Shown here piece by piece: positions 11,999-25,273 of a stretch of 64,000 nucleotides of DNA; the stretch's first letter is position 1, and each line of letters opens with the position of its first letter. Made by a program: the position numbers and the translations under genes. The stretch is from Elsinoe ampelina (lineage: Eukaryota): positions 1,082,172-1,146,171 of the forward strand of contig ML992511.1 of assembly GCA_010093995.1 (NCBI GenBank), read 5' to 3'. The notes beneath the pieces were generated by a model. That model was not told where the DNA came from. It searched no databases and worked only from the letters and a program-made list of their open reading frames with translations.

Positions 11999-13222
11999 AT
12001 GGCTACCACTCATGACACCCTGTTGAGTGACACACACTCATCTGCCGACAACCAGGTTACCCGTCAACCGCTGCAACTTCAGCCATTTATGGTTGGGCGC
12101 GAATTCTTTGGGGCTCGGTCCAACCAGCAGCGTGCAGACATGGCTGCTCCCGGTGTAGATGAGTCAGAGCTGTTTACGCAGGCAGAAGTCTCCAATATGA
12201 TGGATTCCTACCAGCCGTTCACATCGTCCTTGCAGCAGCCTTTTGAGTATCCAGGTATAGGAGATGCAAATCTGGATTCTCAACTACCAGCTTCGCTACT
12301 TACACCGAGTCGTCCCTCCAAGACCCCAGTCGCATTAGCATCCAGCGCTTTGCAGTCCATTACCAAAGAGCACCCACGATCGATCGCAAACTCCAGCGAA
12401 ACCGGATTCGAAGACGCCCTGCAGTATAGCTCCACCGCTCTAATTCCTACCGTGGCCAATGATGGGATCGCTTTCACAGACTATGACCGACCCGAAGATG
12501 GTGGGGCTAGTCTTCTCGACGAAGACCTGACCATCTTTTCCAATGCTGTTGCCCGAGGAGAAGACTTGTCGATCGAAGATCAAGCATACTTTGCAGGTCT
12601 ACAGCTTCATTTTGAGAAGCGCCGTATCGAGGAGAAAGCTATCAGCAATCGAAGCACGCCAAGCAGGAGTGTCAAGTTTGCGGGACTTGGTGGCAAGCAG
12701 GAGAGTAGTATCAAGAAGACAAAAGGAAGGAAGAAACGCCGCGGATCCCATTTCACCAAAATGAAGACTGTGTCCAAAGCTGAGCAGATTGCCAATGTCA
12801 CATCCAAGAAAGTAGATGCTGTTGATGTGGATCTTGAGAGGGAGGATCGACCTAGGCGGGATTCTATGGTAGGCTTCTACATTTGAATTACAGGGACCAT
12901 ACTAATTCCTCAATAGGGCCACGGAACCTACAATCTGAAGACTCTGACAGCCCTGAGCAGTGGTCGTGTCCCTCGCACTACTTCTATTCCTGGAGATACC
13001 ATTATCGTCAACACTGCTTCTACTCCTGCCCCTCGAGGCCGAGGGCGTCCAAGGAAGAATGCGATTCCTAACACCGACCAGCGCCCTGTTCGAACCATCC
13101 GGAAGTCTCAGCCAGTCTCGGCACCGAAAGTCAAGTCCGAAAGGGTGCGCGCCGCTATGGGGGTCTTCAAGAACCCGAAGTTCGAGATGCTGGACATCAA
13201 AGGGAAGCCCGTCAAGGTTTAG
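11999..13222 (+). CDS. Hypothetical low-complexity, probably nuclear protein with an AT-hook
   Basis: Exon 11999-12868, GT-AG intron 12869-12916, exon 12917-13222. Basic stretch KKTKGRKKRR and AT-hook PRGRGRPRK near 13030-13057. An alternative ATG lies at 11933. Confidence 0.6.
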
Positions 13223-14228
13223 TGGAAGACGCAGCTACCTGATCTATAGTGGATGCAGTGAAGGGACTCAAGGCCGTACAGACCAAGGTGCTGGAGCGTC
13301 AGTCAGGTGCACGGTCAAAGGCGCTTAAGGAGAAAGGGTGGAAATCGATGGCTTCCATGGAGGTTTCGTTATGACGAGAAAGCTGGCGCGAGGACTGATT
13401 GCTTTCCCGATAGCGACGATGCATTTCACGAACGATATGACATAGCACGCATGGACATGATAGCATAGCTGGTGGAGTTTTCAAATAGAATTGCTTTCAG
13501 GCCTCCATGCCGATCACCTCTGTCCAGACTCCTGGCCCGTCCTTCGCCCATCGCAGGGCCGCACTTTGCCCAAACATTCCTCCATAATCGTTAAAAGCGA
13601 AGCTCTGTTGACCACCATAATCTATTCCGGACAGTGCAGTCCGACGCAAGTTGAACAGCGATGTGATTACCCTTTACGGACGCGATCTTGCCGATCACTC
13701 GAGATCTCACTGTCAATCTCGCTAGCGGACGGCCGTATCCGAGGCTTGTGGTGAATCAAGCGTTCATGATTCGTGCGGTCCGTCGACGAACGGGAATCAA
13801 TGCGTCACCTGCGCCACAAATCAAGGATCAAGCCTAATAATCAAGGGGGAAGCTACAGCCACTTGCTGTCAGCCATTTTGTTTCTGAGCCGCCTGTGCAG
13901 CGACAAGAAAGCTGACGTGCCGTCGTGCCCTGCCCGGGACAACAGAGACACGAGTGTCTGGTACTTCGTAGTACTTCATTTGCTCCTCCAGTCCTTTTCT
14001 CCTCATTCCAACGGTCTACCTTTTTTTCGTGTGATACCCCCGAGCTATCGCAGCGAGCAACCACTGCTGCTGGTAGTGTTTACTTCTTTGCACTCATTCT
14101 CCAGCTCCGTTCCATCTACCAGGTGTACTAGACCAGGTATTACCTGTAATCGTCTATCACTACCAGAAATCCGCCGACGCCCCCTGTCCATCATCCCAGG
14201 AAGCTTCTCCGCCAAGCCAAGAGCAGTC

Positions 14229-16623
14229 ATGTCCGGAGATCCGCCCGCCTCCAACCAGGAGCAGCCCAATGGCAACGGTCCTGAAGCTGCTCAAGCTGTA
14301 AAGACCGCAGCAAAGAACAGCACCGATCCAGCCTTCACCGAGCAGCAAACCGTCACCGCCGCCGAGACCGAGATGCCAGTCCAGGAGACGAGCCGCGGTG
14401 TCGGCAACGAGCACCAGGTCGTCGAAACTAGCGGCGGCATCGATGTCCTGGTTGGACCTCTACTTAATTACAGACGCATGAGCAAGGAACACACGGAGTC
14501 GCCGGTATGGCACGGGAGTGTGCTGATCGTCACTACGCCGGGGTCGCCGCAGCCCCAGCTTCGTCTCCGCATGATTAGGTCGGAGCAGGATGATATTGTG
14601 ACGGGAGCTGGCTCTTTCACGTCCACTGTCAAGGGCGACAAGCTGTACGAGGAGCCCAAGGGCGCGTTCTGGGCGTTCCCAATTCAGGTGCCGTTTCAGG
14701 TCAGGGAGTCGCAGTGGGAGTATGAGATCTCTGGCTTGAACAACAAGACACATGCAAAAGCCAACCCGAGCGAGCCACGTCGCTTCTGGATCCCGGCAAA
14801 GACTGAGAGCATGCGCATCATGTTCCACTCCTGCAATGGTTTCTCGGTTGGCACCGATGTCGATGCATGGAGCGGATGTGCTCTCTGGAACGATGTACTC
14901 CGGGTACACGAGAAGCGACCAGTTCATGTCATGATTGGAGGTGGTGTAAGTAATGAAATCGCGCAGCTGCTGCTGTGTGCTGACTATGACAGGACCAAAT
15001 CTACAACGATGGTATCCGAGTGACGGGACCCCTGAAACCTTGGACCGATATCAGCAACCCGCGCAAAAGGAGAGATTTCCCATTCAACGAAGATTTGCGC
15101 GATCAATGTGACAAGTACTATTTCGACAACTACGTGACCTGGTACGGTACTGAACCTTTTGCCACCGCCAACGCCCAGATCCCTCAGCTCAACATTTGGG
15201 ACGACCATGACATTGTGCGTATCATCATTCTCTCCGTATCATTTTGCAGTGTGACTAACAAACGCATTAGATCGATGGATTCGGGTCTTATGTTGATCAT
15301 TTCATGCAGAGTCCAGTTTTCAGAGGGGTGGGAGCTGTGGCGCACAAGTACTATCTGCTATTTCAGCATCACTTGCCGCCTCCAAAGAGTACATTCACCA
15401 CAGATGCTCCAGCTACGACATCGGCCCAAGACGGGACGCTTACAGCCGGGACCGACGCAGTCCAGCTCAAGAACAGCTGGGTCAAGACCACCACCGAGGA
15501 AGATCCCTCATACATCATTGGTCAGCGACCAGGTCCATACGTCGAGGAGAGATCAAGATCAATGTATTCTCAGCTGGGATCTCACATTGCCTTCGCTGGT
15601 ATCGATGCTCGGACGGAGCGCACCCGTCATCAGATCAACTACCCTCAGACCTACGATATCTTCTTCGATCGTGTATCCAAGGAAATCGCAGCATCCAACG
15701 GCAAGATCAAGCATCTGATTCTGCTCCTTGGCGTCCCCATAGCGTACCCCCGCTTGGCGTGGTTGGAAAATATCCTCAGATCGCCCATCATTGGACCTGT
15801 ACGCTTCCTCAACAAGCGTTTTGGCTTTGCAGGAGGATTTTTTAACGCATTCGATGGTAGCGTTGACCTGCTTGATGATCTAGACGATCATTATACTGCT
15901 CGTCAGCACAAACAGGAGCGAAAATCCTTGATTCTGCGGCTTCAGAAGCTTGCTCAGGACTACAACTTGCGGGTCTCAATCTTGGGCGGCGACGTGCACC
16001 TGGCTGCTCTAGGCCGTTTCTACAGTTCCCCCAAGCTCAAGATTGCCGCTGAGAACGATCATCGTTACATGCCAAATATCGTGTCGAGCGCCATCACAAA
16101 CAAGCCCCCTCCAACTGCGGTGGCAAATCTCTTGGCAAAACGCAACAAGATTCATCGACTTACTCATGACACCGACGAAACACTGCTCAACCTCTTCGAC
16201 GTCGATCCTGGTAAGGAGAAGGGACTCAAGCCCAAGTCTGCTGACTCAAATCACGCCACCATGCCTTCCCGGAATTTCGCCTTGATTTGCGAGAGCAACC
16301 CTGCATCGGGCAGACAGACAAACGGTACGGCATATGTCAATGGTACGAACGGCACGAACGAAACGAATGGAGTCGACGGTGAGCACGCTGCCACTACTGG
16401 AACATTCACTCCTCCATCCAACCCCAGAGATCCACTGCACAAAGGTGAGGAGAAGTGCGGCATCAGCCACCCGGCCGCTGCTGATGCCCTCGTCCCCACT
16501 GGTTTGGGAGGCGACTATGGTCTGGACGTCGTCATCAGGGTGGAGATTGACCCAAGTGACAAGGCAGGTCATACCAAGGGTTACGGTTTGACCATTCCTG
16601 GTCTGACTGCTGTGGGGAAGTAG
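14229..16623 (+). CDS. PhoD-like metallophosphatase (fungal family)
   Basis: Motifs MFHSCNGFS, MIGGGDQIYND, WDDHDIIDGFGSY, GGDVHLAA. GT-AG introns 14946-14992 and 15215-15270. Confidence 0.88.
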
Positions 16624-18610
16624 GACCTCCCTCGGGGGCATTCGAGGAAGCCGAGGATGTGGTGGCGGAAGACGAGCAGGGGACGGGCTTAGTTTTTGGA
16701 GCTGGTGGGGTTTGGGTAAGAAGTGCCACCAGATTGTGAGGGGAAGGAGAAGCTGTAGGTTGCGGGCAGGATGTATCGTAATACCCCACTTGAATTTGAT
16801 CTATTTCACGCGCATACACTACCTAAAGCACTCTAGTATGTCTCTTGCTTATGCAGGATTAGAGCATTGTCATGATGGCAAATTCTTTGTCTGTCCACAA
16901 TCACCGTCTGTCGTGAGGTCTGAGAATGTCCGAGGAAACGCCGAATTTCTCCAGCCCAAACTTCCCCTGAGGCGGACATCCAACTTCACCTCGTTGCGCT
17001 TTTATCCTGACAAGAAATCGCATTCAGAAGCCACGTCGTCGTATGATCAATACGCTCTGAAGGATGGAGCGTTCACTACAATGTGATCACAAGCTGCGTG
17101 GACTCTCAACATTACTATGAACGCCACTGGATGCGGCTCTTTCGAATCCCTCTGCTCCGAGAACGATTCTTTAGCAGATACATGTCTTGCCCATAGATCA
17201 CCGAGCCGTTAATCCAGTACAGAGTCTTCTATAATACCGACCGCTCGAAAGCTAAGCTGATGACGAGGAGGAGATGATCATGATTCATGAGGTACTGAGC
17301 GTGAATACCGAGAACCTACGGTAGGAAGCCACGATGTGTGATGCGAATGTCGTGTAGAGTGCGCTGAGACGGTGAGCAATGCATTTCTCTATGTGTCATG
17401 GGACAGGTCCTGGCTCAAGGCTGTTTGACTACATCTCATCACACGGGCGGGAGGGGAGGAGGGGTGAAGAACGAGAAGAAGAAGAAGAAGTGCTGGGAGT
17501 GTGGTGGCTGGGCCCACAACAAGTAGGTCTGCCCGGTAAGAAATTTCATTCTCCATGGCGAACCTGGTATTACTGACGCTTTTTCAGACTCATCTCGCAC
17601 GAGTCGCGGCCAGGGGGGCTGGGCAACCCCCCAACAATAATACTACTGGTATGTAGCCCTTCATTCCTCTGTTTGCATGATCACTGCACCTCCTTCCTCA
17701 AAAGATAGACTCAGGCTCTTTACCGCCTCGCAGATACTACCAGACTGCCGTGACATGCTGATAGGATGCTGGCATGCAATGGCGACCGGAAATGCGACTG
17801 GTGGGCGGGCGGCGGGTCTTGGGGTCGGGACGGGGGCGGAAGCTGGGCCTGGGGCTGGAGGTACTGCCGGGGGGAGGGGGGCGGAGGGGTGGCTGCTGGG
17901 GGCGGAGGGGCTGGTGGCGGGCATGGGGAAGGGACAGGTGGGCAGACTGGTGGCGGAGATGGGGCCGGTGGGGGAGCAGGAGGGAACGGAGATGGTGATG
18001 GGGATGGGGAGGAGGAGGGGCATAGAGTCTGGGATGAGATTTCGTAGTTGTAATCAAGCAGAACGTCAAGTGCAGACGCTTCTAGACCACAGATTCCCTC
18101 CAAGGTCGTGATTTTCTTCCCACATATTTACCTGTGCTATGCATCCAGATGTCGGAGTGACAACTAGCTCGACTCGATTGGGTTTCAATTGAAGATATCG
18201 CTGGAGTCACCAAAGCTGTTACTCCGCCACTTCTGATGTAGAGCACGTCAGTCAACTTGTAAGAGTGTTTCATGATCAAAGGGAAATGCGATTGCATAGT
18301 CCTGTACCAATAGCTATCGAGCAGGAAAGGGTCAGTCGAGCTCCAGGCCTGTCGCATGACTCGTTGCTCGGATGAAGAGGCGAAACACAACTACTATTGT
18401 CTGAACTTACGGAAGCGACACGCTGCGATCGTGGGCAGTGTGTTGAATGAGCTCAGATCACGTGATCATAGGCACCCACCACGCGATGATAGCAGGTGAT
18501 ACTAAGCTTCTTCTTCGCTTCATAGTCTGTCAATCGTCCTTCCTGTGGAGCTATCTACCTCAGCAGCTTGGACTCGTCTCAAAAGTCTACCATCAAGACA
18601 AAGGGATGGT

Positions 18611-18867
18611 TGTCAACCTCGGCAGGAGCTGTGGTGCCAAGAAGGACCCTGATTCAGTGCACTCAAGGCTGAACTGAGACTCATCAACGGTTACACCAAT
18701 TCATGATCAATTTAGACGGTTATTGTCTTATTCTGTTAAAGCCTAGGAGTTCTGTCAATTTAGTTATCTCTTAGTTTATTAGGTTAAGTATTTATAGAGT
18801 GAGAATCTACCTAATTTTAGTAAATTAGGCAGTAATTAATCTCTTTCTCTCCCTACACAAGTTAACA
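18611..18867 (+). repeat. 5' LTR
   Basis: TGTCAAC...GTTAACA, 257 bp. Aligns without gaps to the 3' LTR with transition differences only. Confidence 0.95.
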
Positions 18868-18878
18868 GTTATAAGCCT
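18868..18878 (+). promoter_or_regulatory. Primer-binding site, RIP-mutated
   Basis: GTTATAAGCCT directly after the 5' LTR reverts to GTTATGAGCCC, the internal (half-molecule) initiator-tRNA-Met type PBS of copia/Ty5-like elements. Confidence 0.6.
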
Positions 18879-21351
18879 AGTATAACTACCCCTGTATAAG
18901 CATATTATTTAGTGGCTTCTCTACTCGATTTATTGGTTTAATCTCTATTATCTCGCTTTTTAAGTACTAGAATCTGTCAAGTACTGCCTTATCTACCACT
19001 ATAGGATTTAGGTGTTAATAAAGAGATAAACAACTATAGATACTAACACACTAACAGCTAGAATACCTATTATTCTTGCTACATTAGCTGAATAGGCTAG
19101 CTAGCTATATATTATTAAGACTAGAGCTTCAAACACTAAGATCTAGCATATTATTAATCCCTAGGAGACAGTTAAGCTAGAAGGGCTCTCTAAGCCTTAG
19201 AGGCTAGATGTATCAGATTCTAACTTCTTAGCACTCTTCTAGATCTATAAGGAGGAGCAAGCTTAGTATAACAAATAGCATAAGGCCTTAGTAGATCTAG
19301 CTAGCCTTATTTAGTCATTAATTGTACTATAAGTTCTTATAGTTATCTAACTAGAGGGAGATCCTTATCTATAGGCTATCCTTAGAGCATTAAAGAATAG
19401 ATTTACACTATCTAATGCTATAATCTAGCTTAAGGTTAAAGCTCTCTAGAGGAGACAACTCTCTAGTCTATTATTACAGAACATAGACTATTAGCTTTAG
19501 CAATAGAAAGAGGTTATAGACAAGACTAGGAATTATAACCTACTAGAAGCTTAAGGCTTAAGGCTATAGAGAGACTTCTTGCTCTCTATCTTAAGGACTA
19601 AACTAGCATTTACTAACAAATATCTTATTAATCTAGATTTACTAACCCTGCTATTAATGCTCGAGTTAATTACTAAGTTTAGATAGTTTTATAAGCTACA
19701 TAAGCTATATAGTAGCACAAAGGCTAGTAAGGGAGTAATAGCATTCCCTATAGCTACTAAGGACTCCTTATAAGAGAAGCCTAGTCCTACTAGGGAGCCT
19801 AGATATATATACTAGAAGCAGCATAAGTAGAGCAAGTACTATTACTTAAATAAGTATCTAAGGCTAGAAGGATAGTTACTAAACTAATAAACCCTTAAGG
19901 AGGTTAAGTAAAGGCTTAATAATAAGGCCTTAAGGGAGAAGGTTAAAGCTATCCTTACTAAGGAGGCTTACCTTTATAAGGGGTTATCCCTACTAGTACT
20001 AATTAACATAGCTATAACTATTAGATTACACTTAGCATTTATCTTAGCTACTAGCAACATCTTAAGTTTATAGATTCTAGATTCTAGAGCAACTAATTAT
20101 ATCTATAATTACACTATAAAGGACAGATATAAGGTTACTAGACTTGTAGAACCTTATAAGCAAATATTCTATAGTAACACCTTACTTACTATTAAGAGTT
20201 AAGGATCGATTACTATTATAGCGATCTATAGGGGAAAGCTAGTAACTATCTAACTTATATAGGTAGCTTATGTACTATTAATAATAACTAATCTAGTTAG
20301 CCTTAGGAGGTTCCTAAAGGGTAGAGTCTACTAGAACACTTAAACTATAGAGATTAATTATAAAGGGAAAGTACTCTTCTTAGTAACTCTAAAACACAAT
20401 TAATATATAGTAGAGAATAACTCTAAAGCTCCTTATGCTATTACTATAGCTATAGGAGGCACTAGAGATCCTTATCTATTAGTATTTACCTTAGTTATAA
20501 CAAGGACTAATTAATCCTAGTATAAAGTTATAGGCTATCTAAGTATAGAGTCTATTAATTACCTCCTAACTACTATAGTTAGTAGTAAACTAACCCTAAC
20601 TAAGCCTAACTTAGATTAACTAATCTACCTTAGGTTACTATATTAGACTTGTAAGCTATTAAATACTTAGAAGATTATCTTAAGGAGCTCTAACACTAAG
20701 ATTGTTATAACTAAGCCCTTTAAAAGAATTACCTTTAATATTATTATTAACAGGTTTACTAGCTATAATAAGGCAAGGTATATAAGCTATTTTGCCTATA
20801 GGGCTACTAACTATTACCTTGTAAGTAGTTATGCTTATAGATATAAGATTAATAAAATCTGTATTAAGATAATTACTTACATTAAAAGTAATCTTAGCTT
20901 TAAGGTTAGATTTATTAGGAGTAACAATAAAGAGGCCTTTAGCCTTAGATTTACTATCTTCCTAGATAGTAAAGGTATTTAAAGAGAGCTATCTACTCTA
21001 TATACTCTAGTATAGAATAGTTATAGTAAAAGGATAAGGTCTATGCTATTAAGGAGAGTAAGAGTAGTAGCTATCTTTGCTAATCTACTAAGGGAACTAT
21101 ACCCTAAACTATATAGATTAGTAGCCTATCTAATAAATAGAACTCCACTTAAGAAGCTTAACTAGAAAACCCTCTTTAAGCTAGTTTATAGATGTTCTCT
21201 ATCTATATCCTATCTTAGACTACTTAGATGTAAGGCTTATACCCTAGATTATTATATTATAAGTAGTAATAAGCTTACACTAAGAGCATACATTAGTTAT
21301 CTAGTTAGATATAACTTAACTAACATATTTAGGATCTTTATACTAGCCTTA

Positions 21352-22074
21352 NNNNNNNNNNNNNNNNNNNNNNNNNNNNNNNNNNNNNNNNNNNNNNNNN
21401 NNNNNNNNNNNNNNNNNNNNNNNNNNNNNNNNNNNNNNNNNNNNNNNNNNNNNNNNNNNNNNNNNNNNNNNNNNNNNNNNNNNNNNNNNNNNNNNNNNNN
21501 NNNNNNNNNNNNNNNNNNNNNNNNNNNNNNNNNNNNNNNNNNNNNNNNNNNNNNNNNNNNNNNNNNNNNNNNNNNNNNNNNNNNNNNNNNNNNNNNNNNN
21601 NNNNNNNNNNNNNNNNNNNNNNNNNNNNNNNNNNNNNNNNNNNNNNNNNNNNNNNNNNNNNNNNNNNNNNNNNNNNNNNNNNNNNNNNNNNNNNNNNNNN
21701 NNNNNNNNNNNNNNNNNNNNNNNNNNNNNNNNNNNNNNNNNNNNNNNNNNNNNNNNNNNNNNNNNNNNNNNNNNNNNNNNNNNNNNNNNNNNNNNNNNNN
21801 NNNNNNNNNNNNNNNNNNNNNNNNNNNNNNNNNNNNNNNNNNNNNNNNNNNNNNNNNNNNNNNNNNNNNNNNNNNNNNNNNNNNNNNNNNNNNNNNNNNN
21901 NNNNNNNNNNNNNNNNNNNNNNNNNNNNNNNNNNNNNNNNNNNNNNNNNNNNNNNNNNNNNNNNNNNNNNNNNNNNNNNNNNNNNNNNNNNNNNNNNNNN
22001 NNNNNNNNNNNNNNNNNNNNNNNNNNNNNNNNNNNNNNNNNNNNNNNNNNNNNNNNNNNNNNNNNNNNNNNNNN
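21352..22074. other. Assembly gap (N run) inside the retrotransposon
   Basis: Run of N between the integrase and RT regions. Confidence 0.99.
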
Positions 22075-23573
22075 CATCTTAAGCTATAGGGAAGCTAGTG
22101 CTACTAACCTAGGTCTTTATATATAAGACTAATAACAAAGGAGAAGTTATTAAACATAAGGTAAGGCTTTATATAAGAGGTAATCTTTAATCTATAGATT
22201 TAGAAACTTATATAGCTATATTAGCTACTAAGATCTTTAGAGTACTTATAGCTCTACTTGCTTATAAGGACATAGAGGCTATCTAGATAGATGTTGTTAA
22301 TGCTTATATTAATAGTCCTATTAATAAGACAACCTACTACATAATTCCCCCTAGATTTAAGCTTCTACTAGAGGAGCTTATAAAGGACTATCCTAGTATA
22401 GCATTATCTAATGCAATTCTCCTGCTAAAGAAGGTACTCTATAGCCTTAAATAAGCACTAGCTCTCTAGTATATAGAATTCACTACTATACTAAAGAATC
22501 TTAGATTCACTTAGGCCCTTAAGGCTCTATGCCTCTAGCTAACCCCTAAGGTAATAATCTTCTTCTTTATAGATGATATTACAATTATATACTATAAGAA
22601 GTATAAGGCATAGGCTAATATAGTAACTATAGCTCTCTATGCTAAATATAAGATAAAGATTCTTAGGAATCTAAGCTAGTTCCTAGCTATCTAGATTATA
22701 AGGGATAGGCTAACTAAGAAGCTATAGCTTAGCTAAGCCTAGTACTTACAACAGATATATAGCAAGTTTATTATAGAACTAACAAGGCTAGTATTAACAC
22801 CTCTGCTAGTTAAAATACTCTAGCCCTCTAAAGGCTAAGTATTACTATAGAAGATCTATCTATACTAGTAAAAGGTAGAATCTATTAACTTTGTAGTAGT
22901 TATTACTAGGCCTAATATAGCTTTTGCTACTTCTAGGTTATTAGAGTATCTAATAAACCCTTTACTAACTTATTAAAGGATAGTAAATAGAGTTATCTAA
23001 TATCTCTTTAAAACTAAGAATCTAGCCCTTACCTTTAATAGTTCTATACTACTACTAATCTTCTAAGCCTTATCTAATACTAGCTTTAGTAGTTACCCTT
23101 TAAGGAAGAGCCTTTAGGGGTATCTATTTAAGCTGTTCTAAGGCTCTATAGATTAGAAGGCTATAAAGTAGCTAACTGTTACTACTTCTAGTATAGAGGC
23201 TAAACTACTTACTCTTGTAGAGACTACTAAGCAAGCTATATAGTAGAGAAGGCTAATAGCCGCTATCTATCCACTAAGGAATGTTAGCATTTAGTGTAAC
23301 AACTAGCAAACTATTAGCCTTGTTACTAATCTAATTAAGAAGCTTAACACACATCTACGCTATATAGATATCTACTATTACTAGCTAAGGTAAGAGATTA
23401 CTCTAGGAGGCTCTATCTCTATAGACTAGACTCCCTTAGTAGATATACTAGTAGATAGACTTACTAAGTCACTTTCTCTAGGGAGGTATAAGGCCTTCTT
23501 ACAATAGCTATCCCTCGAGTTAGTAGTTCACTAACTAGCTATAATAGACTTATAGCTATTTAGTAAAGGGGTA

Positions 23574-23830
23574 TATTAACCTCGGCAGGAGCTATAGTGC
23601 TAAGAAGGACCCTGATTTAGTGCACTTAAGGCTGAACTAAGACTTATCAACAGTTACACTAATTTATAATCAATTTAGACAGTTATTGTCTTATTCTATT
23701 AAAGCCTAGGAGTTCTGTTAATTTAGTTATCTCTTAGTTTATCAGGTTAAGTATTTATAGAGTGAGAATCCACCTAATTTTGGTGGATTAGGCAGTAATC
23801 AATCTCTTTCTCTCCCCACACAAGTCAACA
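23574..23830 (+). repeat. 3' LTR, preceded by polypurine tract AGTAAAGGGG
   Basis: TATTAAC (RIP form of TGTCAAC)...GTCAACA, 257 bp, followed by TSD ATGGT. Confidence 0.95.
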
Positions 23831-24178
23831 ATGGTATCAAGTCACGTGCCCTGAGGTTGGTTGTGGTAGACAAGAGAGTGGTGCCAATTCACGTCCCCTG
23901 GAGGGCCGTCTGACCAGAATTCGTCTTCATGTTGGGATCCGCATCCTTGGCGAGAAGTATATCCACCAAGATATTACTTTCTTGAGTAGAGGAAATGATC
24001 ATGAGTGGTGTCCATCCTGACCCGTACCCATCCCGTGCACAGGATTCAGCGTTTTTTTTGAAGGATCCCGGGGTGCTGCGCCTTTCCTGCCAAGAGCTGT
24101 GGTTCTCCCGCTGCCGAGCGAGTGAGCTTGTTCTCTGATAGGCTTGTGCAAAGCGCTAATGCAAGTACACGTCAATAG

Positions 24179-24417
24179 AAGGGGGCGGCTGCTGTTTACC
24201 CACATCATTTTTGCTAATTACCCATCATCCCAAAGTCGCTAAGAGCGGTACATTAGTCTCGTGTAGTAAGGTGTCCGTTGCGCTCCCGTGCACTTACGCT
24301 TTTACCTAGAGAATGCTCCTACTCGCTACGCTACTGTGTGACAATTTAAGCTTTTACTAGCGGCTTGGGTATGGGTAACTAGCAAAAATGATGTGGGTAA
24401 ATAGCATACGCCCCCTT
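24179..24417. mobile_element. MITE-like foldback element with about 60-bp imperfect terminal inverted repeats
   Basis: Left AAGGGGGCG..TGCTGTTTACCCACATCATTTTTGCTAATTACCCAT versus right ATGGGTAACTAGCAAAAATGATGTGGGTAAATAGCA..CGCCCCCTT. No TSD found. Confidence 0.65.
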
Positions 24418-24619
24418 GCTGAGCCAGGAACCTGTGGGTCCAAATCCCATGTCACGTTGGAAGATAGTCAAACATCCGACCTTGCCAGTATCGATGGCAT
24501 ACTATCTTTTCCACAATTCAAAGAAATTACAATTCATTGCAAGCAATAACGTACAGTGTGCTGTCCAGTACATTGGTGAAAGATCTAGATTACAGTTTAA
24601 TTCGAGTTGATCATCGAAC

Positions 24620-25273
24620 ATGGCTCAAACCTGGACACCAGAAGCGATCATTGCTCTCCTCACACTATTCGCAACCATACTTCTTGCACCGGTCGGTTGG
24701 CTCATCCAAAGCTGGCAAGCGAGAGGCACATCCGTACCATTATCAACCTTCGAAATGGCACCTCTGAATCGTCCTGCGCCCCCTCCCTCGTCACCGCCGA
24801 CCACCACCGGCACAGATCTCGACGAACATGCCGCTCGTGCAAGACCAGGCGGCGATCACCACGGTGCACCGCAGGATAGTAGCAACGGCATTCCTACCAG
24901 CAGTCCCGCGGGCGCGAACCGCATGGATGATTCCTCGCTTTCAGACCGCGTGTCGCTCGCTGGTGTGACCGCATCGCGTGGTAGGAGTGCCTCGGCCCAT
25001 GACGGTAAAGAGCCTGATAGTCGCCCTCACTCCTACGATCTCGATATTCGACGTGAAGACGAGGCCCAGCAGCCTGCTCGGAGTGTCTCTTCTCACTGGG
25101 GTGCTCCAGTCCTCCCTCCAAGACGGTGCGATCGTGCCATCCAGTCATCACGAGCGGGCCCCATTGTCGAGGTCGACCACAGCACCTCCGCTGGCCCTGA
25201 GATCGCGTGCGGACGCGACGGCAGCAACACTATCGCCTCTTTGTCCAGTTCCGAGGTGGTGTCGCCAACTTGA
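24620..25273 (+). CDS. Hypothetical protein with N-terminal membrane anchor and disordered tail
   Basis: 217-aa ORF starting MAQTWTPEAIIALLTLFATILLAPVGW, with a Ser/Pro/Arg-rich remainder. Confidence 0.45.
   Translation: MAQTWTPEAIIALLTLFATILLAPVGWLIQSWQARGTSVPLSTFEMAPLNRPAPPPSSPPTTTGTDLDEHAARARPGGDHHGAPQDSSNGIPTSSPAGANRMDDSSLSDRVSLAGVTASRGRSASAHDGKEPDSRPHSYDLDIRREDEAQQPARSVSSHWGAPVLPPRRCDRAIQSSRAGPIVEVDHSTSAGPEIACGRDGSNTIASLSSSEVVSPT

Larger units (their letters stand above)
18611..23830 (+). mobile_element. Ty1/copia LTR retrotransposon, full length, inactivated by RIP
   Basis: Two 257-bp LTRs and a perfect 5-bp TSD ATGGT (18606-18610, 23831-23835). Reverting TA to CA/TG recovers motifs in copia order: Cys/His knuckle about 19801, protease WILDSGA about 20071, WH..MGH about 20518, integrase IRSDN about 20913, RT QMDVVNA about 22284, KK.LYGLKQ about 22428, F.DD about 22565, RNase H .DGLTK about 23450. 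Strongly AT-rich with excess TpA. Confidence 0.96.

Noticed and set aside
13773..14228. Upstream in-frame extension of the PhoD-like ORF
   Set aside because: Composition resembles a pyrimidine-rich 5' UTR. The ATG at 14229 is the more plausible start.
21349..22077. 242-aa ORF of X residues
   Set aside because: Artefact of the N gap.
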